This document shows, in pieces, positions 14,914-22,252 of a stretch of DNA of 32,000 bases. Positions within the stretch are counted from its first letter, which is position 1; each line of letters begins with the position of its first letter. A model generated the notes under the pieces. It was not told where the DNA came from. It ran no database searches and worked only from the letters and a program-made list of their open reading frames with translations. Both the position numbers and the translations under genes were made by a program. Source of the stretch: Ignicoccus hospitalis KIN4/I (GTDB lineage: Archaea; Thermoproteota; Thermoprotei_A; Sulfolobales; Ignicoccaceae); contig NC_009776.1 in the NCBI RefSeq assembly GCF_000017945.1, positions 1,200,001 to 1,232,000 of the forward strand. Reading direction: 5' to 3'.

Positions 14914-16866
14914 TTAATAGTCCTTGCTATTACAGCCTCCAGATTCGTCCTTATGACTCCTTCCGGCCTTAGCCCTCCACGCGCCCTCCGCCAGCCTCTG
15001 GACTACCTCCTTGTGGGGCCTCTGAGGCCTCTTCCACGCCTTAGGGTTGTTATACATAAGAGAAGCTATTAGGTGGTCAGCAACTATGTCGGCAGAAGGA
15101 CAGAGGTACATACATAATCTACACCCGTCGCAAGCCTCGGACCTCCATAGGACTGGTCTGAACTCCCCGTTTTCTTCGATTACCTTTATCGCCCCAGTGG
15201 GGCACCACGTCTCGCAGATCTTGCACCCCGCGCAAGAGTTTGAGGCGTGCACCACTCGGAGGGCCTCGAAGGCCTCTTCCAAGGGCTTCGGGCCCTTGCT
15301 GACCACTTCTATCCTATTTTCCATGAACTTGTACGTCCCCCTGGGTCCGCTAACTACGTTGCCCTCCTTCTTTACGCCCAAGAGCTTCGCCAGCTCTAGA
15401 GCCTTCTCGATGTTGTAACTAACGTTGACAACGACCTTGTTTTTGCGGACTTCGTGAGAGCTGTACTTGACCCTCGTTTGCCTCCTAGAGTACTCCTCCC
15501 TCCAGTCGACCCTCTCCCCCGCTTTCGAGGCCAAGGCTACCTTAGGGGCCTCGGGGGCCAACCACCTCCAGCCGCCCTTGAGCCACCACTCGCCGTAACC
15601 TAACTTCTCCGCCCACCTCCGGAGGACTTTCTCCCACTTCTCCCACAGTTCCGGATGAATTTCCTTGACCAGCTTGAACTCCCACGCAGTCGCTCCCGGG
15701 CACATGAAACAGCCGACTCTGTCAAAGCCCTTGAAGTATAGGGGGTTCAGAGGCACCCCCTTGTCTATCAAGTAGGCGAACTCCAAGAGTTGGGGCCACG
15801 GGAGGATGGGGTTTACTGTGGTTATGGTAGGGAAGTACTTCATCTTCATAATTGGAGTGGCCTTGGCCCTCTCTAAGCTCTCCCACCACCGGTTGCCCAC
15901 AAAGTTGACGACGTTTCCAAACTTGATTAAGGTCCTTGCTATGGGTCCCAGCTTTAATACCTTACAACACCACCTAAAGTCCCTCGCCGGGGGTGAGAAC
16001 AACTCGACTGCCCTCCAGAAGAGGTCCCCAGCAGACGCCACAATCAGCTCCATTCCAAAGTGTTTCGCTTCCTCTTCGGCCGTCTTAACGGTTTCCGGCA
16101 ACTCTATGCCGGTGTCGTTGAACAGCAGCTTGGCCTCGACCCCCAATTCCTTCAATATTTGAGTAACTAGGGCCGAGTCCTTCCCTCCGGAGAGGGAGAC
16201 TATCCTAACCCCTTCCGGCGCTTTAGATACCACTTGGCGGCTCCACTCCAAGAGCTCTTGGAGGTAGGCCTCGTTGGCCTTTATGACGTCCCTAAGCGTC
16301 TGGGGCCTCTCGCTCAAGGCGCCCTTACGGGGGTGTTTCCAAACCTTGTCCACCCGAAGCTTGCCGCGCTTGGGTATGGCGACGCCGACGACCCTTCCCT
16401 CCTCGTCCACCAGCGCGACTTGTTTGTGGCCCCTTCCGACCACTTCGCCGGGCTTCGGCCCTTCTACCACCACCTTGTCTATAAAACCCTTCTCGAGTGC
16501 CCTCAACGCTCCCAAGTAGCCTAACCTAACCCTCCACTTCTCGACGAAGGGGTCGTAGATTACCCTCGCCAGTATGTCGCCATCCACCACCACTTCGTAC
16601 GCGTGGTCAAGGGCGGACGTCTTATTCAAGAAGACCATCCTGCCTTGCGTTAGGGCTTCGAAAGCGCCCTTGCCGACCTCCTCATCGAAGGCCTTCGAGA
16701 GGTGTTCCTTGTCCCCTTCCCACGCGGGGCGAAGGTCCTTGGGGTCGAAGAGCTTGAGCCTAACGCTCCCCTCGCAGTCCCGTCTCCGGAACACCGGCAC
16801 GTTGAGCTCCGGACACCAGTATACTTGGAGCTCCCTCTCCCACTTCCTTTTCAAGTCGGGCGGCAC
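14914..16866 (-). CDS. PP-loop ATP pyrophosphatase (PAPS-reductase-like) with an N-terminal PUA-like region and a C-terminal 2x[4Fe-4S] ferredoxin domain
   Basis: SLSGGKDS (PP-loop, residues 224-231), RWCC (298-301) and GCFMCP (385-390). Two CxxCxxCxxxCP motifs are present: C545..C555 and C579..C589. The GHKQVALVDEEGRVVGVAIPK stretch is PUA-like. Confidence 0.75.
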   Translation of the reverse strand: MPPDLKRKWERELQVYWCPELNVPVFRRRDCEGSVRLKLFDPKDLRPAWEGDKEHLSKAFDEEVGKGAFEALTQGRMVFLNKTSALDHAYEVVVDGDILARVIYDPFVEKWRVRLGYLGALRALEKGFIDKVVVEGPKPGEVVGRGHKQVALVDEEGRVVGVAIPKRGKLRVDKVWKHPRKGALSERPQTLRDVIKANEAYLQELLEWSRQVVSKAPEGVRIVSLSGGKDSALVTQILKELGVEAKLLFNDTGIELPETVKTAEEEAKHFGMELIVASAGDLFWRAVELFSPPARDFRWCCKVLKLGPIARTLIKFGNVVNFVGNRWWESLERAKATPIMKMKYFPTITTVNPILPWPQLLEFAYLIDKGVPLNPLYFKGFDRVGCFMCPGATAWEFKLVKEIHPELWEKWEKVLRRWAEKLGYGEWWLKGGWRWLAPEAPKVALASKAGERVDWREEYSRRQTRVKYSSHEVRKNKVVVNVSYNIEKALELAKLLGVKKEGNVVSGPRGTYKFMENRIEVVSKGPKPLEEAFEALRVVHASNSCAGCKICETWCPTGAIKVIEENGEFRPVLWRSEACDGCRLCMYLCPSADIVADHLIASLMYNNPKAWKRPQRPHKEVVQRLAEGAWRAKAGRSHKDESGGCNSKDY

Positions 16867-16886
16867 CCGCGCGGGCGGGAGGCGTT

Positions 16887-17798
16887 GTGGACTACCTTAA
16901 TAGTGAGGCGTTCGACGAAAGGCCGGTTGGCGTTGCAGACGTCGGGGGCACCAAGACCAGGGTAGCCTTGTATGAAAACGACTCCTTAAAGGAGCTGGAG
17001 GAGTTCCCGACCCCTAAAGAGGAGCCCCTCTGGAAGCCTCTTTGGAGCTACTTCAAGGATAAAGAAGTCCAAAATATCGTGATAGCTACCATGGGACCCC
17101 TAAAGATGAGCGAGGGAAAGGTGGTCTCTAATCCCCATTCTCAAATTAAAGATCAAGAGGTCGGGAGGCCCTTAATGGAACGCTTGAAGATTCCGGTCTT
17201 GGTGATCAACGACTGCGTCGCGGGGGCTTACGCGGAGTTCAAGGCGAGGAACGTGGAGAACTTAGTCTACTTAGCCTTTGGCACCGGAGTGGGGGCCGGC
17301 GCCGTCGTAGACGGGAGGCTCTTACTAGGGAGGGAGGGCAACGCCCACGAGGTCGGGCACTTCGTCATGTCCTTAGGCCTCGGGTTGAGGTGTGGGTGCG
17401 GTAAGACGGACCACGCCGAGGCGGTGTTGGGCGGAAGTAACATAGTAAACTATTTCAAGAGGGAAGGCTTCGAGGCCCGGAACGCGGCCGAGCTGTTCAA
17501 CCTTATCAGATCTAACCCAAAGGCCTTCGAACTTTTCAAGAGGGCTTTGAACTCGTTCGTCAGCTCGGTGATAGCTTTCTACGATCCGGAGGTAGTGGTC
17601 CTAGGAGGGGGCGTGTTTTCAAAGAATAAGAAGGTTTTCTTCTCTGCGCTGGAGGAACTGGAGGACTACTTGTTGTGGGAAGCCCCGAAAGTCGAAGAAG
17701 CCCTCTACGGCGAGCTGAGCCCCCTCTACGGGGCGGGAGCTTTAGGAGTAGAGAGGCCCCAGTGGTTAATAAAGAAGTTGAGGTATGTGTTCAAGTAG
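16887..17798 (+). CDS. ROK-family sugar kinase (glucokinase-like)
   Basis: VADVGGTKTRVAL (DxGGT phosphate-1 motif), AFGTGVGAG, GHFVM...CGCGKTDHAEAVLGG (ROK zinc-motif variant) and VVLGGGV. Confidence 0.8.
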   Translation: MDYLNSEAFDERPVGVADVGGTKTRVALYENDSLKELEEFPTPKEEPLWKPLWSYFKDKEVQNIVIATMGPLKMSEGKVVSNPHSQIKDQEVGRPLMERLKIPVLVINDCVAGAYAEFKARNVENLVYLAFGTGVGAGAVVDGRLLLGREGNAHEVGHFVMSLGLGLRCGCGKTDHAEAVLGGSNIVNYFKREGFEARNAAELFNLIRSNPKAFELFKRALNSFVSSVIAFYDPEVVVLGGGVFSKNKKVFFSALEELEDYLLWEAPKVEEALYGELSPLYGAGALGVERPQWLIKKLRYVFK

Positions 17799-17848
17799 GC
17801 CTTTCAGAAACTTTGGGGTTTCGTCGAGAAAGCCTTTAGGGAAGCGGC

Positions 17849-18271
17849 TTGCCGGTGGTTTTCGTGTGTTCTAACTGCGGCCACGCGATAAACGTTTACG
17901 TCCGACACGGATCCAGCGGAGTTCCCACCCTCGAGAGCGTGCTCCAATACTACGAGTGCCCACATTGCCACGCCACGCTCATCCCGGACCTGGACTTCGT
18001 CGACGTGGAGGCGCTAGTTTGGAGCCCGGGACTAGTAAAGAAAATAGTAGAGGGGAAGCTGACGCCCGAGGAGAGGAAGAAGCTCGAGAGCACCCCTAAG
18101 GGTAAAAAGATATTGAAGGTCGTCCCGGCTTTGAGAGAGCTCCTCCAGAAGTACGAGCTGGCGAAGAAGAGCTCGAAGCTTAGCAGTATAATAAATGACA
18201 GCAAGAAAGTGCGTAAGGGTAGCCTCAGGGGTTTAAGCTCGAGGGGGCGCCGCTCGAGCCCCCATAAGTAA
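17849..18271 (+). CDS. Hypothetical zinc-ribbon protein with a Lys/Arg/Ser-rich tail
   Basis: C7-x2-C10 and C37-x2-C40 form a four-Cys ribbon, followed by a basic tail (KKLESTPKGKKILK...RGRRSSPHK). No family recognised. Confidence 0.4.
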   Translation: MPVVFVCSNCGHAINVYVRHGSSGVPTLESVLQYYECPHCHATLIPDLDFVDVEALVWSPGLVKKIVEGKLTPEERKKLESTPKGKKILKVVPALRELLQKYELAKKSSKLSSIINDSKKVRKGSLRGLSSRGRRSSPHK

Positions 18272-18275
18272 CGCG

Positions 18276-18812
18276 TCACTCGGGGGAGAGCTCCACTTCG
18301 CCCTCTTTCTTCTTCTTTTCCTTCTTCTCTATGACTATCTCGAGTACGCCGTTGTTGAACCTAGCTTTGGCGGTTTCCGGCTTCACCTTGGTAGGTAGGG
18401 CGACCCTCTTGTAGTACTTCTTACCGTTCCTAGCCCTTATCTCCACGTAGTCCTCCCCCACCTTCACCTTTATCTTGTCCTTCTCCGCCCCGGGCAGCTC
18501 GGCCACCACGGTCACCTTGTCGTCCTCTTCCATCACGTCCACGAGGGGCTCGAACTCCTCCTCCTTGACCTCGGCTCCGGCGAGGCCCCTGCGCACGTTA
18601 CCGAACTCCCTAATGACGGGCCTGCCGTCGGGGCCTATGCTTATCGAGAACCCGTAGACATAAGGTCCGAAGCGCTCTACCCTAACGTTGCCGCTCCTCA
18701 TAGCTTCTTCCATGACCCTCTCCAACTCTTCTTCGAACATGCTCAGCTCCCTTTCGATGTCTCTCAACAAGTAGTCGAAGAGGTCGAAGATGCCCCTCCT
18801 CCTCCAAACCAT
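18276..18812 (-). CDS. hsp20: Small heat-shock protein (Hsp20 / alpha-crystallin family)
   Basis: The alpha-crystallin domain reads VDVMEEDDKVTVVAELPGAEKDKIKVKV...RVALPTKVKPETAKARFNNGVLEIVIEKK. Start taken at ATG 18812, because the longer ORF to 18941 runs through the promoter and the end of the TetR gene. Confidence 0.85.
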   Translation of the reverse strand: MVWRRRGIFDLFDYLLRDIERELSMFEEELERVMEEAMRSGNVRVERFGPYVYGFSISIGPDGRPVIREFGNVRRGLAGAEVKEEEFEPLVDVMEEDDKVTVVAELPGAEKDKIKVKVGEDYVEIRARNGKKYYKRVALPTKVKPETAKARFNNGVLEIVIEKKEKKKKEGEVELSPE

Positions 18813-18843
18813 CGTGTTTCCCGAGAATGGGGCGCGCCGAAAC

Positions 18844-18851
18844 TTTATAAG
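18844..18851 (-). promoter_or_regulatory. TATA box (TTATAAAG on the minus strand) of hsp20
   Basis: Located 32-39 nt upstream of ATG 18812 and 9 nt downstream of the TetR stop codon. Confidence 0.45.
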
Positions 18852-18859
18852 AGGGGGAG

Positions 18860-19405
18860 CTAGCACTTCATGTATTTGGAGAACAAGGATTTTATAACCT
18901 CCTTTGTGTACTCCTTCGGCGTCCCAGAGGAGACGTTGCACAGCAAGCTCCCGTGGAGGGCCCTCGCGAAGGCATCTAGGAGGGGGCCCAGCCCCTCGTT
19001 ACACGTTATGAGTTTTACAATACTTTTCAAGTCTACCTCACAGAAGGTCTCGTACATCTCCCTATACTTGGGGTCTAGCGTGGCTAAGTCGAGCAGGTGG
19101 AAGGTGAGCTTAACGTTTATATCATTCCTCAAGAAGTCGTAGTACTTGTCAACGAGGCAATCTATCATCTCGTGTCCTTTCAACTTCCTCTTCAAACACT
19201 CTTCGACTATTCTCGAGGGCGATACGGTCTTTATTACTTCGCTCACTAGATTCTCCTTGTTTTTGAAGTACCAAAAAACTAAGGTCTTAGAAACTCCCAC
19301 CCTTCTCGCGATGCTTTCAATGGAGCCCTTCTGGAAGCCTTGCTCGGCGAACACCTCTCTGGCGGCTTGGAGGATCTTGGCGCGGGTGTCCGGGCTCTCG
19401 CTCAA
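18860..19405 (-). CDS. TetR/AcrR-family transcriptional regulator
   Basis: The N-terminal HTH reads RAKILQAAREVFAEQGFQKGSIESIARRVGVSKTLVFWYFKNKENLV. Start proposed at TTG 19405 (MSESPDTRAKIL...), because the longer ORF to 19489 runs into tRNA-Leu. Confidence 0.8.
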   Translation of the reverse strand: MSESPDTRAKILQAAREVFAEQGFQKGSIESIARRVGVSKTLVFWYFKNKENLVSEVIKTVSPSRIVEECLKRKLKGHEMIDCLVDKYYDFLRNDINVKLTFHLLDLATLDPKYREMYETFCEVDLKSIVKLITCNEGLGPLLDAFARALHGSLLCNVSSGTPKEYTKEVIKSLFSKYMKC

Positions 19406-19461
19406 GGGGTTTCCCCTAGGGGGGATTTCCGGAGAGTAAATGAAGGGATTGGAGGAAAGGC

Positions 19462-19549
19462 TGGTGCGGGGGGTGGGATTTGAACCCACGCAGGCCTACG
19501 CCATCGGGTCCTCAGCCCGACCCCTTTGGCCAGGCTCGGGCACCCCCGC
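19462..19549 (-). tRNA. tRNA-Leu (anticodon GAG), long variable arm, CCA encoded
   Basis: Reverse complement GCGGGGGTGCCCGAGCCTGGCCAAAGGGGTCGGGCTGAGGACCCGATGGCGTAGGCCTGCGTGGGTTCAAATCCCACCCCCCGCACCA. It has acceptor GCGGGGG/CCCCCGC, anticodon loop CTGAGGA, a class II variable arm, and T-arm GTGGG-TTCAAAT-CCCAC. Confidence 0.9.
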
Positions 19550-19591
19550 GAGGCTCCGTCCCCCACTCCCGGCTTACCCTTAAAAGTTTAT

Positions 19592-19640
19592 TCAGCCAAG
19601 GGTGGGTTCCTCACCGTTCGGACCCTAAGGTCTTCATCAT
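19592..19640 (-). ncRNA. Box C/D sRNA candidate (2'-O-methylation guide)
   Basis: Minus strand, coordinates in descending order: C box AUGAUGA (19640..19634); 12-nt guide AGACCUUAGGGU; D' box CCGA (19621..19618); 3-nt linker ACG; C' box GUGAGGA (19614..19608); 12-nt guide ACCCACCCUUGG; D box CUGA (19595..19592). This is the canonical archaeal 12-nt spacer geometry. It lies in an intergenic region, with a TATA-like TTCTTAT about 30 nt upstream. Confidence 0.55.
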
Positions 19641-19683
19641 AAATTGTCCTCCCGGATTCTGCGAGAGGGCATAAGAAATCTTG

Positions 19684-20886
19684 ATGCCGCTTTTGGGAGT
19701 GGTAGGTAAAACCAACGTCGGGAAGTCGACCTTCTTCAGCGCGGCCACGCTGGTCGAGGTAGAGACAGAAAATAGGCCGTTTGTAACCATAGACCCGAAC
19801 GTGGGCGTGACGCACGTTAGGAAGAGGTGTGCTCACGTAGAACTCGGGTTGCCGAAGTGCGACCCGGTCGACGGCTTCTGCTTGAAGGGGTGGAGGTTCA
19901 TACCGGTGAAGCTGGTCGACGTGGCCGGCCTGGTGCCGGGGGCAGCGGAGGGGAGGGGCTTGGGGACCAAGTTCCTAGACGAGGTCAGGAAGGCCGACGC
20001 CTTATTGATCGTGGTGGACGCGTCGGGCAGCACGGACGCAGAAGGCAACCCCGTGCCCCCGGGTACCCACAACCCGGCAGAGGACGTGCAAATTCTCTTA
20101 AACGAGTTCTCGGGTTGGGTGTTCTCTCAAATGAAGAAGGACTGGAAGAGCTTCGTGACGAAGGTATCAACTATGGGCATCAGAGCGGCAGAAGCAATGA
20201 AGGAGAGGCTGAGCGGGTTTAGCGTTAAGGAGAGAGAAATCATTAAGGCAATAAACGAGCTCTCTCTCGATGAGAACTTGGCTAAATGGAGCGAAGAGGA
20301 CTTAAAGAATTTCGTGAGGAAGGTGATAGAGCTCAGGCCGAAGGTTATAGTCGCTAACAAGTCAGACTCCGACTTCGCGGAGAGAGGCATTGAAATGTTG
20401 AGGGAGGCGTACCCGAGGACCCCAGTGATCCCTACCTCGGCCGCGGCGGAGTTGATACTCAGAAAGGCCGCCAAGGCCGGCGCGATAGAGTACGTTCCGG
20501 GCGACTCGAGCTTTCAAATAATAGATGAAAAGAAGCTGACCGAGAAGCAGAAGAAAGTGCTAAAGATGATAGAAAAGAAGGTGCTTGAGAGGTGGGGCAA
20601 CACCGGAGTAGTACAATCCCTCAACGAAGCGGTCTTCGGACAGCTCGAGATGGTCGTGGTCTACCCCGTTCACGACGCTAACAAGTTCACCGACAGCGAG
20701 GGCAGAGTGTTGCCAGAAGCGAGGCTAGTCCCTAAGGGGACGAAGGTGAAGGAGTTCGCAGCACAGATACACAGCGACTTGGCCAAGGGCTTCCTCTACG
20801 CGATAGACGCTAGGACCGGGAGGAGGCTGGGGGCCGACGCTGAAGTCGAGGATGGAATGGTAATAAAGGTAGTTTCGGCTAAGTAA
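19684..20886 (+). CDS. Obg/YchF-related GTPase (Ygr210-like) with a C-terminal TGS-like domain
   Basis: GVVGKTNVGKST (G1), DVAGLV (G3), ANKSD (G4), and a C-terminal ...RLGADAEVEDGMVIKVVS beta-grasp-like end. ATG 19684 is preferred over TTG 19681. Confidence 0.8.
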   Translation: MPLLGVVGKTNVGKSTFFSAATLVEVETENRPFVTIDPNVGVTHVRKRCAHVELGLPKCDPVDGFCLKGWRFIPVKLVDVAGLVPGAAEGRGLGTKFLDEVRKADALLIVVDASGSTDAEGNPVPPGTHNPAEDVQILLNEFSGWVFSQMKKDWKSFVTKVSTMGIRAAEAMKERLSGFSVKEREIIKAINELSLDENLAKWSEEDLKNFVRKVIELRPKVIVANKSDSDFAERGIEMLREAYPRTPVIPTSAAAELILRKAAKAGAIEYVPGDSSFQIIDEKKLTEKQKKVLKMIEKKVLERWGNTGVVQSLNEAVFGQLEMVVVYPVHDANKFTDSEGRVLPEARLVPKGTKVKEFAAQIHSDLAKGFLYAIDARTGRRLGADAEVEDGMVIKVVSAK

Positions 20887-20899
20887 TTTACCGACCGGT

Positions 20900-20916
20900 A
20901 AAAGAAAGGGTATATA
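20900..20916 (+). promoter_or_regulatory. BRE-like purine run plus TATA box (AAAAGAAAGGG-TATATA) of the hydrogenase operon
   Basis: TATATA at 20911..20916 lies about 55 nt upstream of ATG 20970. An SD-like GGTGAG sits at 20961..20966. Confidence 0.45.
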
Positions 20917-20969
20917 GGTTATTTACCAGCCGAGAATGTGGGGCAGAGCCTCAAGAGTGTGGTGAGAGC

Positions 20970-22238
20970 ATGAGCGTCACCAAACCTCGTAGGGAGTTCC
21001 TCAAGAAGTTGGGAGCCAGCACCTTACTGTTGGGGGCACTGAGCAACATAGACTGGGCAAACGCTATGGAGATGTTTAAGGAAGCCGTTAGGAAGGGCAA
21101 GGTTAACATAGTCTGGTTCGAGGCCCAGAGCTGCACGGGCGACACCACCTCCTTGATCCAAGCCACCGACCCGGACTTGGTAGAGGTCTTAACCGGAGCT
21201 ATCCACCTAGCCGGACCCGGCACGGTGGGGCTCGCCTTCCACGACACCGTAATGCCCGAGTGGGGAGAGGGAGCTATAGAGATACTCAAGCTCGCCGAGA
21301 GCGGCGCCTACGACCCCTTCGTGTTGGTCATAGAGGGTTCCATACCCGACGAGAACCACGCGAGGAAGTTCTGCAAGGACCCCAACCGCTGCGGCTACTA
21401 CTGCTTCGTGGGCGAGGAGAACGGGCGAGTGGTGACTTGTACCGAGTGGATACATAGGTTAGCTAAGAGGGCAGTCGCCGTAGTCGCCGCTGGCACGTGC
21501 GCGTCCTACGGAGGCATACCCTCCAACAAGGTCCTCGAGCCCCCTCCGGGCTGGAGCTACCCCGAATGGAGCTTAGCCCCCACCGGCGCTGTAGGCTTCT
21601 TCGACGACCCGGTCAAGGGCTACAAGGGCTTGATAAGCCGCCACGCGGAGCTGCCGAACCTCACCCCGTACTTCAACTACATCTTCAGAGATTGTGAGCC
21701 CGAGCTAAGCCCCGGGAGCACTTGTAAGCCCGCCGTAGCAGTGCCCGGTTGTCCGACCAACGGCAACGGCATACTAAGGGTGCTAGTACACCTAGTGTTG
21801 GCCGCGCTCTACCCGGACGTGGTACCCTTGCCTAGGGCTTCCGAGTGGCTAGACCAGTACGCGAGGCCGAAGTACTTGTTCGGTCGCACGGTGCACGAGC
21901 AGTGTCCTAGGGCTGGCTACTACGCTGCCGGGGACTTGAGGAGGTTGCCGGGCGACAACGACGCGAAGTGTCTGTTCGCGGTAGGGTGCAAGGGCCCGGC
22001 AGCGAACTGTCCTTGGAACAAGGTCGGCTGGGTTAACGGCGTGGGCGGCCCCACGAGAACCGGAGGCGTGTGTATAGGCTGTACCATGCCGGGCTTCAGC
22101 GACGCCTTCGAGCCCTTCTACAAGCCACTCCCGGCCCCGGCCGCTCCCAGCGCGCCCGAGGCCTTGGCCACCGCGGTCGGAGCGGCCGCGATAGGTGCGG
22201 TGGTAGGATACGCGCTTACTAAAAAGGCAAAGGGGTAA
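20970..22238 (+). CDS. hynS: [NiFe] uptake hydrogenase small subunit, Tat-exported, with a C-terminal membrane anchor
   Basis: Twin-arginine signal PRREFLKKLGASTLLLGAL...ANA. The Cys-rich Fe-S cluster ligand pattern is typical of group 1 small subunits. The C-terminal hydrophobic helix reads ALATAVGAAAIGAVVGYAL-TKKAKG. Confidence 0.9.
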   Translation: MSVTKPRREFLKKLGASTLLLGALSNIDWANAMEMFKEAVRKGKVNIVWFEAQSCTGDTTSLIQATDPDLVEVLTGAIHLAGPGTVGLAFHDTVMPEWGEGAIEILKLAESGAYDPFVLVIEGSIPDENHARKFCKDPNRCGYYCFVGEENGRVVTCTEWIHRLAKRAVAVVAAGTCASYGGIPSNKVLEPPPGWSYPEWSLAPTGAVGFFDDPVKGYKGLISRHAELPNLTPYFNYIFRDCEPELSPGSTCKPAVAVPGCPTNGNGILRVLVHLVLAALYPDVVPLPRASEWLDQYARPKYLFGRTVHEQCPRAGYYAAGDLRRLPGDNDAKCLFAVGCKGPAANCPWNKVGWVNGVGGPTRTGGVCIGCTMPGFSDAFEPFYKPLPAPAAPSAPEALATAVGAAAIGAVVGYALTKKAKG

Positions 22239-22252
22239 GGGGGTGAGGGAGC

